Shown here piece by piece: positions 49,187 to 60,575 of a stretch of 64,000 bases of DNA. The translations under genes were made by a program, and so were the position numbers. Below the pieces are notes generated by a model that ran no database searches, had not been told where the DNA came from, and saw only the letters and a list, made by a program, of their open reading frames with translations. Positions within the stretch are counted from its first letter, which is position 1. Each line of letters opens with the position of its first letter. Origin of the DNA: Chloroflexota bacterium (GTDB lineage Bacteria > Chloroflexota > Anaerolineae > DUEN01); NCBI GenBank assembly GCA_013152435.1, contig JAADGJ010000061.1:5034-69033 (forward strand), given 5' to 3'.

Positions 49187-49436
49187 AGATTGACCAGCTA
49201 GGTGCCTGAGGGTCTCCCTCAGCTACCAGCTCCACAGGGGGAGGTGTGGAGGGGAAACCCCCTCCACGGAAATCTCACTTCTCCGGCTTGCACCTGCCTT
49301 TCTCGGCCCTTTCCGAAGGATCCAGGCCGAGGCCGGGCAGGTCGAAGGCAGAAGATGGACTTTTTCCGGAGGGGCTCCGCCCCTCCGGGCCTCCCCACAG
49401 CAGAAGCAATGGCATTTCTCAGACGCGCTCTAAAAG
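49187..49436 (+). repeat. copy D of the dispersed multi-hairpin repeat family
   Basis: Termini GGCGTGTCTGAAG ... TCTCAGACGCGCTC are inverted. Palindromes GTGGAGGGGAAACCCCCTCCAC (49245-49266) and CCGGAGGGGCTCCGCCCCTCCGG. About 85-90% identical to the reverse complement of copy A. Confidence 0.6.
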
Positions 49437-49588
49437 GAATTTACCGGCGGTTCTTCCCTCTATCACCTCGCGACTCTGAAAAGGCCCTGGGGCGCGTGGG
49501 GCCTCGCGCTGGCGCTCCTGACCCGCTATGCTATAATCCCTGTAGTTTGTCATCATCGATGCGCGGCCGCGAGTAGGAGGGGAAGGGG

Positions 49589-50917
49589 ATGAACGTCACG
49601 GAACTCAAGCAGTTGCTGGCTGATGAGCTCAATCAGCGCCGAGAGGAGGGATGCGACGTCTCCGACTGGGAGCCGCGCGTGGCGGCACTGGATGCGGAGA
49701 CGGTGCCCGACCTTCTGGCATTGTACGATGAGCTGATGAAGTTGGTGCCGCGACGGGATTTCCCGTACGAGGAGCCGTCGGATCTGCCGACCATCCGGTC
49801 TCTGCGGCCGTCGGGGCCGCGCCATATCCCGGCGACCCCGGATAAGGCCCGATTGCAGGATCGTATCCTAGGCGCGTACCTCGGCCGTTGCGCGGGCTGC
49901 AACCTGGGCAAGCCGGTTGAGGGGTGGTCTCGCGAGAAGATCCGTCGCTATCTGGAGATCGCCGGGGAGTATCCGCTTCGCTCCTATTTCCCCGTGATCG
50001 ACCCGTTCCCGGAAGGGTTGGAGCTGCACGAGAATTATCGGGAGACGGCGCGAGGACGTATCCGCTGGATGGCTCGAGACGACGACATCGATTACACGAT
50101 CCTGGGGCTGCACTGTCTGGAGACCTACGGATTGGACTTCACGACGGAGAATGTGGGGGAGACCTGGCTGCAGCTGCTGCCTTACCATCAGGTATATACG
50201 GCGGAGCGGGTGGCGTATCGCAATCTGGTGGAGGGGTATGATCCACCCCTATCGGCCACGCGCTACAACCCTTACCGGGAGTGGATCGGCGCTCAGATCC
50301 GCGCCGACGGCTTTGGCTACGCGGCGCCGGGGCTCCCTGAGGTCGCCGCCGAGTTCGCCTATCGGGACGCCGCGCTCAGCCATGTGAAGAACGGCATCTA
50401 CGGCGAGATGTGGGTGGCCGCCATGCTGGCGGCGGCGTTGGTCGCACCCGGCCACACGATGGAGGATATCCTGCATGTGATCGAGGTGGGCCTGAGTGAG
50501 ATACCGGCGAACAGCCGGGTGGCGGAGGCCATCCGGGATGTGATGCGCTGGCGCGAGGAGACGGATGACTGGGAGGAGGCGTGGGAGCGCATCCACCGCA
50601 AGTACGGCCATTACCATGGCGTGCATACCATCAACAATGCCGCCCTGGTCACCCTGGGCCTGGTGTACGGCGCGGGGGACTTTGAAAGGACGATCTGCAT
50701 CGCGGTGATGGGGGGATGGGACACCGATTGTAACGGGGCCACGGCCGGTTCCGTGATCGGCGCCATGATCGGAGCGGACGCGCTGCCGTATAAGTGGGTG
50801 GGGCCGCTGAACAACACGGTGCGCAGCATGGTCGCCGGCTACGATTTCTCCCGCATCACGGATCTGGCCGGGCGTTCGCTGGCCATCGCCGAGGAGGTAT
50901 GGAATCGCTGGAGGTGA
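49589..50917 (+). CDS. ADP-ribosylglycohydrolase-family protein (DraG/ARH-like) with a ~100-aa N-terminal extension
   Basis: Hallmark GGWDTDCNGATAGSVIGAMIGA (second metal-binding motif) and GAYLGRCAG... (first motif, non-canonical: it lacks the usual Asp). RBS AGGAGGGGAAGGGG. Confidence 0.7.
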   Translation: MNVTELKQLLADELNQRREEGCDVSDWEPRVAALDAETVPDLLALYDELMKLVPRRDFPYEEPSDLPTIRSLRPSGPRHIPATPDKARLQDRILGAYLGRCAGCNLGKPVEGWSREKIRRYLEIAGEYPLRSYFPVIDPFPEGLELHENYRETARGRIRWMARDDDIDYTILGLHCLETYGLDFTTENVGETWLQLLPYHQVYTAERVAYRNLVEGYDPPLSATRYNPYREWIGAQIRADGFGYAAPGLPEVAAEFAYRDAALSHVKNGIYGEMWVAAMLAAALVAPGHTMEDILHVIEVGLSEIPANSRVAEAIRDVMRWREETDDWEEAWERIHRKYGHYHGVHTINNAALVTLGLVYGAGDFERTICIAVMGGWDTDCNGATAGSVIGAMIGADALPYKWVGPLNNTVRSMVAGYDFSRITDLAGRSLAIAEEVWNRWR

Positions 50918-50975
50918 TCGGTGTGAGGTGGGGCCGCTCCGCTCGCGGCCGATGTGGACATGTAGGAGGGAGCGT

Positions 50976-51293
50976 GTGAAGATCTGTTTCCTGTACTATG
51001 AGGATTGCCCTTCCCATGAGCAGGCGTTGGCCCGTCTGCGGCAGGTGATGGCGGAGGAGGGCGTTCAGGAGGAGATCGAGATCATCAAGGTGGAGACGGA
51101 GGAACAGGCGCAGGCGTTGCAGTTTATCGGATCACCGACGATACGGGTGGACGGGAGGGATATCGACCCGCCGCCGCCCGATGCATACTACGCGTTGACC
51201 TGTCGGGCTTATCGGTTGGAGGATGGGCGGATCTCCCCGTTGCCGTCAACGGAGATGATCCGCAGGGCTTTGCGCTCCGCGGCGGATCGTTGA
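50976..51293 (+). CDS. small thioredoxin-fold-like protein, hypothetical
   Basis: GTG start at 50976 with a TAGGAGGGA RBS 6 nt upstream (VKICFLYYEDCPSHEQ...). Beta-alpha-beta pattern; family not identified. Confidence 0.35.
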   Translation: MKICFLYYEDCPSHEQALARLRQVMAEEGVQEEIEIIKVETEEQAQALQFIGSPTIRVDGRDIDPPPPDAYYALTCRAYRLEDGRISPLPSTEMIRRALRSAADR

Positions 51294-51374
51294 GCGTGCA
51301 CGGATGAGGCGGAGTGATGAGGTCGTGTACGAGACGAATCTTTGAGGCTAGGAAGCAAGAAAGGGAGGAGAACG

Positions 51375-51896
51375 ATGGCTGCTTTGAAAATCGGTGATAA
51401 GGCGATCCCCTTCGTCGATGATCAGCAGCATGCGCTGTCGGATTATGCCGACAAGGCCGCGGTGGCCGTGATCTTTAGCTGCAATCACTGCCCGTATGTG
51501 CGCGCTTGGGAGGATCGGATGATCCAGATCCAGGCGGATTATGCGGACAAGGGTGTGCAGCTCATTGCCATCAACGCCAATGACGCGACGAAGTATCCGG
51601 ACGACAGCTTCCCGAAGATGAAGGAGCGGGCTCAGGAGAAGGGATTCAACTTCCCGTATCTGTACGATGAGACGCAGGAGGTCGCGCGAGCGTACGGGGC
51701 CGAGCGGACGCCGGAGGTGTTCCTGTTCGATGGGGAAGGTATCCTGCGGTATCACGGCGCGATCGATGACAACTACGAGGACCCCAGCGCGGTGCAACAT
51801 CACTACCTGCGAGATGCGTTGGATGCCGTGCTGGCGGGGCAGGATCCCCCGGTGGCGGAGACGCCGCCCGTGGGCTGCACGATCAAGTGGAAGTAG
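51375..51896 (+). CDS. thioredoxin-family protein (redoxin/TlpA-like, CxxC = CNHC)
   Basis: Start reassigned to the ATG at 51375 (RBS GGGAGGAG). FSCNHCPYV active site in a thioredoxin fold. Confidence 0.7.
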   Translation: MAALKIGDKAIPFVDDQQHALSDYADKAAVAVIFSCNHCPYVRAWEDRMIQIQADYADKGVQLIAINANDATKYPDDSFPKMKERAQEKGFNFPYLYDETQEVARAYGAERTPEVFLFDGEGILRYHGAIDDNYEDPSAVQHHYLRDALDAVLAGQDPPVAETPPVGCTIKWK

Positions 51897-51960
51897 AGCC
51901 CTACGGGCAGGCCGACTTGGGCCCGCACAGGTCCCGTTGGTGAGGAGTCGAATAACGAGA

Positions 51961-51998
51961 CAGGGACGGAGCTTGCTCTGTCCCTGCCTCGCTTTTTG
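51961..51998 (+). terminator. rho-independent terminator after the redoxin gene
   Basis: CAGGGACGGA-GCTTGC-TCTGTCCCTG hairpin followed by CCTCGCTTTTTGTT. Confidence 0.55.
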
Positions 51999-52057
51999 TT
52001 GAGGAAGGGGCCGGGGCGTAACGGGGGGCGTCAGGCTCCCGGTGGGCCGGGGCGAGT

Positions 52058-52086
52058 TTGCACGAGAGCACGGCCTTTGTTATACT
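52058..52086 (+). promoter_or_regulatory. atp operon promoter P1 (TTGCAC-17-TATACT)
   Basis: Sequence match with 17-nt spacing. Confidence 0.4.
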
Positions 52087-52235
52087 CCGCCCGAACATCG
52101 GATCATATGATGAGATCTGGTTGCCGGGTGGGTGGGCCGGATAAAGGCCACAAGGCTTCAACGGTATCACGCTTACGCGCGGCGCCACCTTTGCGAGTTT
52201 GTTTTGCGAGTTTGTATGTTTTCATGGGGTAGAGT

Positions 52236-52264
52236 TTGCCCTGTAAGTTCTGTTCTGCTATAAT
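52236..52264 (+). promoter_or_regulatory. atp operon promoter P2 (TTGCCC-17-TATAAT)
   Basis: Consensus -10 TATAAT with 17-nt spacing. About 55 nt upstream of the first atp-operon ORF. Confidence 0.4.
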
Positions 52265-52318
52265 CCCGGGGTGTGCCGAGAGGATCATGAGAATCTCCGT
52301 TCCTGCAGCGTGGCGTGA

Positions 52319-52573
52319 ATGGGCACGGGCATAATGATCCAAAGGCATCCTCTTCTTTTTCGTTTTCTCTATCTGACCGTAGTCGTTCTGGTCTTCACTG
52401 CGGTCCCTTTAGCTGTTGGCGTCTGGGCGGATCGTCGATTGGAGACGGAGCCGTGGCTCACCCTGGCGGGGGTGTTGGTCGGTGTGACCATCGCCACGGT
52501 GGGGATCTGGCGGATCATTCGGCGTACATACATAAGGCTGGCGCAGCCGTCGGCTCGCAAAGGTAAACAGTGA
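52319..52573 (+). CDS. small 2-TM protein at the head of the atp operon (AtpI/AtpZ-like)
   Basis: Two predicted TM helices. Its position upstream of atpB mirrors atpI/atpZ. The start is uncertain (alternative ATG at 52334). Confidence 0.4.
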   Translation: MGTGIMIQRHPLLFRFLYLTVVVLVFTAVPLAVGVWADRRLETEPWLTLAGVLVGVTIATVGIWRIIRRTYIRLAQPSARKGKQ

Positions 52574-52582
52574 GGAGGCAGT

Positions 52583-53533
52583 GTGCACAACGTCGTTAGC
52601 GCCCTGAGACGGTTCTTTACCCCTCGAACCACGGCGATTGTTGTGGGAACGCTCGTTCTGATCATTGGCAGCCGCATCCTGTTTCCGGTGCCGTTGCCCA
52701 CGATTCAACTCCCCGCTGAGCACATCCCTGGGTTCACGATCTTTGGATTCCCCGTGACCAACACGTTGCTGGCCACCCTGCTGGCGGACATCACGCTGTT
52801 GGCCATCGTGATAGCCGTGAACCGCCAGATGAAGTTGGTCCCCTCGGGGCTGCAGAACCTGGTGGAGTGGTTCATTGAGTCCTTCTACAACATGGTCGAG
52901 GAGATCGCGGGGGACAATGCGCGCCGTTTCTTCCCCCTCTTTATGACGATCCTCTCGTTCCTGCTCATCGCGAACTGGTGGGAGCTGGCCCCCGGGTTTG
53001 ACAGCATCGGCATCATCGAGCCGGCGCATAAGGAGGGGATGCGCGCCTATGCGATCAAGGATCTGGGGCCTATCGCCATCCTGACCCCGGAGGAGTCGGA
53101 GCACGGGTACGTGCTCGTCTCCTTCCTGCGGGTGGCGGCCTCAGACCTGAATCTGCCGCTGGCGCTGGCGCTGATCGTGATGGTGTATGTCCAGGTGGTC
53201 GGCATTCAGGCGCTGGGGCTCTCCTATTTCCGTAAATTCTTTAACTTCAGCGGCTTCATCGAGGCATTCGTGGGGATCCTGGAGTTGATCAGCGAGTTCG
53301 CCAAGATCATCTCCTTCAGCTTCCGACTTTTCGGCAATATCTTCGCGGGGCAGGTCTTGCTATTCGTGATCCCGTTCCTGATCCCGATGTTGGCCGTGTT
53401 GCCCTTCTACGGGCTGGAGCTTTTCGTCGGGTTCATGCAGGCCTTCGTGTTCGCCATCCTGCTCGTCGTCTTCGCCTCCATGGCTGTGGTTCCCCATGAT
53501 GGCCACGAAGAGCACCAGGAAGCTTCTCATTGA
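52583..53533 (+). CDS. atpB: F0F1 ATP synthase subunit a
   Basis: Conserved FRLFGNIFAGQVL (essential Arg) and C-terminal helices. Contains a ~50-aa insertion (IIEPAHKEGMRAYAIKDLGPIAILTPEESEHG...) relative to typical a subunits. Confidence 0.85.
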   Translation: MHNVVSALRRFFTPRTTAIVVGTLVLIIGSRILFPVPLPTIQLPAEHIPGFTIFGFPVTNTLLATLLADITLLAIVIAVNRQMKLVPSGLQNLVEWFIESFYNMVEEIAGDNARRFFPLFMTILSFLLIANWWELAPGFDSIGIIEPAHKEGMRAYAIKDLGPIAILTPEESEHGYVLVSFLRVAASDLNLPLALALIVMVYVQVVGIQALGLSYFRKFFNFSGFIEAFVGILELISEFAKIISFSFRLFGNIFAGQVLLFVIPFLIPMLAVLPFYGLELFVGFMQAFVFAILLVVFASMAVVPHDGHEEHQEASH

Positions 53534-53557
53534 ACTTTGGTATAGATACATTCGTGA

Positions 53558-53815
<258 letters not shown>

Positions 53816-53878
53816 ACGAGATGGGCATTTGCTGCGCGCCGCCGTGTGCAGCATGACGTAAGGTGGAGGAGGTCGCGA

Positions 53879-54373
53879 GTGGAGAAGTTAGGCATCAATC
53901 TCAATTACCTGATTGCCCAGATCGTCAACTTCGGGATCATGCTGTTCCTGCTAAAGCAGTTCCTGTATCAGCCCGTGCTCAACATGCTGGAGACCCGCAA
54001 GGAGCGGATTCGGGAGAGCCTGGCCGAGGCGGATCGGGTGAGGCAGGAGGCCGCGGCGGAACGGGAGCGCTATCAGCAGGAGCTGGAGGCAGCCCGGCGT
54101 GAGAGCCAGGAGGCTATCCAGAAGGCCATGCAGGCCAGCGAGCGCCTGCGGGAGGAGATCCTGCAGCAGGCCCGCCAGGAGGCGGAGGAGATCCGGGCGC
54201 GAGCACGGGAGGAGGCGGAGCGTGAGCGTGAGCGGATCCTGGAGCAGGCCCGGGAGCAGGTCGCTGAGCTGGTGATCCTGGCTACCGAGAGGTTGATCAG
54301 CCAGACGGTGGATGAGCAGGCCCAGCGCAAGCTGGTCCACGAGTTCTTGAATGAGCTTGAGGTCGCATCGTGA
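53879..54373 (+). CDS. atpF: F0F1 ATP synthase subunit b
   Basis: GTG start at 53879 (RBS GGAGGAGG). One N-terminal TM helix followed by a long charged coiled coil rich in E/R/A/Q. Confidence 0.8.
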   Translation: MEKLGINLNYLIAQIVNFGIMLFLLKQFLYQPVLNMLETRKERIRESLAEADRVRQEAAAERERYQQELEAARRESQEAIQKAMQASERLREEILQQARQEAEEIRARAREEAERERERILEQAREQVAELVILATERLISQTVDEQAQRKLVHEFLNELEVAS

Positions 54374-54909
54374 GCAGCGCAACGATGGAGCGGACGGAGA
54401 TCGCCCGCAAGTACGCGCAGGCCGCCTATGAATCCGCGTTGAGCTCCTGGCTGCGTCGGCTCAGCGCGGTCAGGCAGGCCCTGACGACGCATCCGGACGT
54501 GCGCGAGAAGCTCAACTCCAGCGCGTCCTTCACGGAGCGTCGGAAGGCGCTGGACGAGATCCTGCCCGACGATGTCGGAGAGGATGTGCGGAACTTCCTG
54601 TATGTGCTTCTGAAGGACGGGCGGATCGACCTGTTGGACGAGGTGATCATCGAGTTCGAGCACATGGCCCGGAGGGGGCCGGAGGCCCGGATCGCCCGCG
54701 TCATCAGTGCCGTCCCGCTCACGGAGGAGGAGAAGGAACAGCTGCGGGAGCGGCTGATCAAGCGGTTCGGCGGCGATCTGGAGTTCGACTTCCGCGTGGA
54801 TCCTCAGATCCTGGGCGGGGTGATCGTGAAAGTGGGCGATGAAGTGATCGACGGCAGCCTGGCCAGCAAGTTGGCTGCTATGCGAGCGCAGCTGACCCGC
54901 GCGCTCTAG
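54370..54909 (+). CDS. atpH: F0F1 ATP synthase subunit delta (OSCP)
   Basis: 179 aa with an OSCP-like sequence. Its position is between atpF and atpA. Confidence 0.8.
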   Translation: MSSATMERTEIARKYAQAAYESALSSWLRRLSAVRQALTTHPDVREKLNSSASFTERRKALDEILPDDVGEDVRNFLYVLLKDGRIDLLDEVIIEFEHMARRGPEARIARVISAVPLTEEEKEQLRERLIKRFGGDLEFDFRVDPQILGGVIVKVGDEVIDGSLASKLAAMRAQLTRAL

Positions 54910-54941
54910 GCGACCTGGCTGCTCGGGCGGAGGAGGTGTAG

Positions 54942-56468
54942 ATGGCGATCCGGCTGGAAGATTTCACGGAACAGATCAAGCGTCAGATCGAGACTTTCGA
55001 GGCGCCGGTAGAGACGGTCGATGTCGGATACGTGCTGGACGTGGGGGATGGGATTGCGCGCGCCTCGGGGCTGGCCGGCGTGATGGCCAGCGAGTTGGTG
55101 GAGTTCCCTCCGACGGCCACCCGGCCTCATAGTGTGACGGGGATGGTCCTCAACCTGGAGGCCGAGCAGGTGGGTATCGTCATCATGGGAGACTACATCG
55201 GCATCGAGGAGGGGGACGAGGTGCGCTCCACGGGGCGCATCGCCTCGGTGCCCGTCGGCGAGGCCCTGTTGGGGCGCGTGGTGAACGCGTTGGGTGAACC
55301 CATCGATGGGAAGGGACCCATCGAAGCTCGGGAGTACCGCCCCATCGAGCGGATCGCCCCGGGCGTTATCTACCGGGCGAACGTGGATACGCCGGTCCAG
55401 ACGGGGATCAAGGCCATCGACGCCATGATCCCGATCGGTCGCGGCCAGCGTGAGCTGATCATCGGGGACCGGCAGACCGGGAAGACGGCCATCGCCATCG
55501 ATACCATCATCAATCAGAAGGGGCAGGACCTGTTCTGCATCTACGTCGCCATCGGCCAGAAGCGGGCCAGCGTGGCGCAGGTCGTGGCCACACTGGAGCG
55601 GTACGGCGCGATGGAGTACACCACGGTCGTGGTGGCCTCGGCCTCGGATCCGGCCGCGCTGCAATACATCGCCCCGTATGCCGGCTGTGCCATCGGGGAA
55701 TACTTCATGGAGCAGGGACAGGATGCGCTGGTCGTCTACGACGATCTGACCAAGCACGCCTGGGCCTATCGGCAGATCTCGCTTCTGTTGCGCCGTCCCC
55801 CGGGCCGTGAGGCATACCCGGGCGACATCTTCTACTTGCACTCCCGTCTCCTGGAGCGGGCGGCGCGCATGCACCCCAAGTATGGTGGCGGCTCCCTCAC
55901 CGCTCTGCCCATCATCGAGACCCAGGCGGGCGATGTGTCGGCCTACATCCCCACCAACGTGATCTCCATCACCGATGGGCAGATCTACCTGGAGCCGGAC
56001 CTGTTCTACGCCGGTCAGCGGCCCGCTTTGAACGTCGGTATCTCGGTCTCGCGCGTCGGCGGTGATGCCCAGACGAAGGCGATGAAGCAGGTCGCCGGGC
56101 GGATGCGACTGGAGCTCGCCCAGTATCGGGAGCTGGCCGCCTTCGCCCTGTTCAGCTCCGATTTGGACCCGGCCACCCGCCGCCAGCTGGAGCGAGGCCA
56201 GCGGCTCAGCGAGATCCTCAAGCAGCCTCAGTACGAGCCGATGTCGCTCGACCACGAGGTGATGATCATCTTCGCCGCCGTCAATAACTACCTGGACGAT
56301 GTGCCCATCGAGAAGATCCGGGACTGGGAGAGCGCGTTCCACAAGTTCATGGATACCCAGCATCCCGAGATCGGGCGGGCCATCATGCGGGACAAGGAGC
56401 TGACCGAGGATACCATCACCCTGCTGCGGGCGGCCATCGAGGAGTTCAAGGCGACGGTCCAGATTTAA
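54942..56468 (+). CDS. atpA: F0F1 ATP synthase subunit alpha
   Basis: Walker A GDRQTGKT and the full alpha signature. 508 aa. Confidence 0.95.
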   Translation: MAIRLEDFTEQIKRQIETFEAPVETVDVGYVLDVGDGIARASGLAGVMASELVEFPPTATRPHSVTGMVLNLEAEQVGIVIMGDYIGIEEGDEVRSTGRIASVPVGEALLGRVVNALGEPIDGKGPIEAREYRPIERIAPGVIYRANVDTPVQTGIKAIDAMIPIGRGQRELIIGDRQTGKTAIAIDTIINQKGQDLFCIYVAIGQKRASVAQVVATLERYGAMEYTTVVVASASDPAALQYIAPYAGCAIGEYFMEQGQDALVVYDDLTKHAWAYRQISLLLRRPPGREAYPGDIFYLHSRLLERAARMHPKYGGGSLTALPIIETQAGDVSAYIPTNVISITDGQIYLEPDLFYAGQRPALNVGISVSRVGGDAQTKAMKQVAGRMRLELAQYRELAAFALFSSDLDPATRRQLERGQRLSEILKQPQYEPMSLDHEVMIIFAAVNNYLDDVPIEKIRDWESAFHKFMDTQHPEIGRAIMRDKELTEDTITLLRAAIEEFKATVQI

Positions 56469-56572
56469 GGCGGTTCGTCGGGACGTCTAAAGGGGTGCGA
56501 CGCTGCGGCCGGGGATGGGCGGAGCCGGCCAGGCAACGGTGTGAGATGTGCAGGTGAGCGAGGGAGAGGATC

Positions 56573-57487
56573 GTGGCAAGTCTGCGTGAGATTCGGCGCC
56601 GCATACGGGGGATCCGGAACGTCTCCCAGGTAACCCGGGCGATGCAGATGGTCGCCGCGTCCAAGATGCGGCGTGCCCAGGCCCAGGTGTTGGGGACCCG
56701 CCCCTACTCCGATCGGGCCTGGCAGATCTTGAAGCATCTGGCGGCGCAGCAGGTGGCCGCGGGCACCCTGCATCCGCTTCTGGAGGTGCGGGATTCGATC
56801 AATGCCGTGGCCCTGGTGTTGATCACGGCGGATAAAGGGCTGTGCGGCGCCTACAACGCGAACATGTTGCGCGTGGCCTCCCGCTTTATCCTGGATGCGG
56901 AGCAGCCGGTGCAGGTGATCGCCGTGGGCAGACGGGGGGCGTCCTTCATGGCGCGTCACCGCCAGAACCTGTTGGCCGAGTTCAGCGATCTTCCGCCGCA
57001 GCCCGGCATCTTGGATATCACCCCCATCGCCCGCACGGTCATCGAAGTCTTCCTCAAGGGCGATGTGGACGAGGTCTATTTGGGGTATACGCAGTTCGTC
57101 AATACGCTCGTACAGCGGCCTGTGATCCGGCGGCTTCTGCCGCTGCCCACGTCGCGTGCGCATCGCCGGATCGGCGTGGCCAGTACCGTGGTGCAGGAGG
57201 AGGAACCCCCGGAGAGGGTGGGGGAATACATCTACGAGCCGGACCCGCAGAGCATTTTGGACATCGTCCTGCCACGGTTCACGGAGATCCAGATCTATCA
57301 GGCGGTGCTGGAGGCGCTGGCCAGCGAGCACTCGGCTCGCATGGTGGCGATGCGTTCGGCGACGGAGAACGCGAATGAATTGCTCGCCTCGCTGACGCTG
57401 AGCTACAACCGAGCGCGTCAGGACGCGATCACCCGGGAGATGCTGGACATCGCGGGTGGCGTGGAGGCGATGGGACGGAAGCGATAG
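56573..57487 (+). CDS. atpG: F0F1 ATP synthase subunit gamma
   Basis: MASLREIRRRI...VTRAMQMVAASKMRRAQ N-terminal helix and a conserved C-terminal helix. Confidence 0.9.
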   Translation: MASLREIRRRIRGIRNVSQVTRAMQMVAASKMRRAQAQVLGTRPYSDRAWQILKHLAAQQVAAGTLHPLLEVRDSINAVALVLITADKGLCGAYNANMLRVASRFILDAEQPVQVIAVGRRGASFMARHRQNLLAEFSDLPPQPGILDITPIARTVIEVFLKGDVDEVYLGYTQFVNTLVQRPVIRRLLPLPTSRAHRRIGVASTVVQEEEPPERVGEYIYEPDPQSILDIVLPRFTEIQIYQAVLEALASEHSARMVAMRSATENANELLASLTLSYNRARQDAITREMLDIAGGVEAMGRKR

Positions 57488-57505
57488 CCGTCGATCAGGC
57501 CTTAG

Positions 57506-58960
<1,455 letters not shown>

Positions 58961-58978
58961 CCGGGTCAGGGGACGTGT

Positions 58979-59431
58979 ATGGCTACCTTGCATTGTGAGG
59001 TCGTGACTGCTGAGCGCGTCGTCTACTCCGGGGAGGCGGATATGGTCATCGCGCCCGGCGTGGAGGGCGAGATGGGGATCCTGCCGAACCACGCGCCGTT
59101 GATGACGGCGCTCACCTATGGCGAGCTGGTCATCCGCAAGGAGGGCGAGGAGGATGTCCTGATCGCCATCGGCGGCGGTTTCATGGAGGTGAACGGGAAT
59201 CGGGTGACCATTCTGGCCGACTCGGCCGAGCGGGCGGAGGAGATCGACATCTCCCGCGCGGAGGCGGCGCGTCGTCGGGCGGAGGAGCGGCTGCGGCAGC
59301 GTCACCAGGAGAATATCGACTTCGCCCGGGCGGAGGCCGCCTTGCGGCGCTCGCTGGTTCGATTGCGTGTCGCCGAGAAGGTCCGCCGTCGCCGGGAGCG
59401 ATCCACCTCGCCGCCGGGGGCACAACACTAG
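58979..59431 (+). CDS. atpC: F0F1 ATP synthase subunit epsilon
   Basis: N-terminal beta-sandwich plus a C-terminal helical hairpin with an Arg/Glu-rich tail. Confidence 0.85.
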   Translation: MATLHCEVVTAERVVYSGEADMVIAPGVEGEMGILPNHAPLMTALTYGELVIRKEGEEDVLIAIGGGFMEVNGNRVTILADSAERAEEIDISRAEAARRRAEERLRQRHQENIDFARAEAALRRSLVRLRVAEKVRRRRERSTSPPGAQH

Positions 59432-59490
59432 GGCTGGAGACGTATCGCCTCGGGCTCTTGCAACTATCCTGCGTTAAAGAGTGAACCGGT

Positions 59491-60495
59491 ATGTTTGAAA
59501 AGCTCATCGGCATTGATCTGGGGACGGTGAACGTCCTGGTATACGTTCAGGGCCGTGGCATCATCATGCAGGAGCCGTCTGTTGTCGCGATCTCCACGCG
59601 GGACAATAAGATCGTAGCGGTCGGGCATGAGGCTCGTGATATGTTGGGGCGGTCTCCGGACTCCATCGAGGTGGCTCGTCCCCTGCGCAACGGCGTGGTG
59701 GCGGACTACGTGGTCACCGAGGCCATGCTGCGGTATTTCATCCGCAAGGTGTGCGGCCGTAACCCGCTGTTCAAGCCGCGCGTGATGGTGAGCACGCCCA
59801 AGGGGGTCACCAGCGTGGAGGCCAGGGCCGTGCGGGATGCGGCCCTGGAGGCGGGCGCGCGTGAGGCGCACCTGATCCCGGAGCCGCTGGCGGCCGCGTT
59901 TGGGGCCGGGCTGCCCATCGGCACGCCCACCGGCAACATGGTCGTCGATGTCGGCGGGGGCACGACCGAGGCGGCCGTGGTATCCATGTATGACATCGTG
60001 GTGTGGAGTTCGGTGCGCGTGGGCGGCAACCGCATCGATGAGGCGATCCAGACCTACATCCGCAAGAAGTACAATCTGATGATCGGCGAGCAGACGGCCG
60101 AGGAGATCAAGATCAAGATCGGCAGCGCCCTGCCCATCGACCCCGATCTCTCCCTGGAGGTCAAGGGACGAGACCAGGTGTCGGGTTTGCCCAAGACCAT
60201 CGGGATCACGGCCGGAGAGGTGACGGAGGCCATCGCCGAGCCGTTGAACGCGATCGTGAGCACGGTGCGGGCGACGCTGGAGAAGACGCCGCCGGAGTTG
60301 GCGGCCGACATCATCGATCGTGGCATGGTGTTGACGGGGGGCAGCGCTCAGCTGCGGTACCTCGATCAGTTGCTGACGCAGGAGACGGGCGTGCCGTGTT
60401 ACATCGCGGAGAATCCGATGGCCTGCGTGGCGTTGGGGGCCGGCCGGGCGCTGGAGAATTACGATTTGATGCGGCGTAGCCTGCCGCAGGTGTGA
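59491..60495 (+). CDS. mreB: rod shape-determining protein MreB
   Basis: Actin-like ATPase motifs ([28 protein letters not shown]). Confidence 0.9.
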   Translation: MFEKLIGIDLGTVNVLVYVQGRGIIMQEPSVVAISTRDNKIVAVGHEARDMLGRSPDSIEVARPLRNGVVADYVVTEAMLRYFIRKVCGRNPLFKPRVMVSTPKGVTSVEARAVRDAALEAGAREAHLIPEPLAAAFGAGLPIGTPTGNMVVDVGGGTTEAAVVSMYDIVVWSSVRVGGNRIDEAIQTYIRKKYNLMIGEQTAEEIKIKIGSALPIDPDLSLEVKGRDQVSGLPKTIGITAGEVTEAIAEPLNAIVSTVRATLEKTPPELAADIIDRGMVLTGGSAQLRYLDQLLTQETGVPCYIAENPMACVALGAGRALENYDLMRRSLPQV

Positions 60496-60527
60496 TGAGG
60501 CCGGATCGCCCTGCAGGAGCGTGATCG

Positions 60528-60563
60528 GAGAGCGGGGATTTCCTCCCCCGCTCTCTTTTCTTT
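60528..60563. terminator. bidirectional rho-independent terminator between convergent mreB and the kinase gene
   Basis: GAGAGCGGGGGATTTCCTCCCCCGCTCTC hairpin followed by TTTTCTTT. Confidence 0.6.
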
Positions 60564-60575
60564 AACCCTTGTGCA

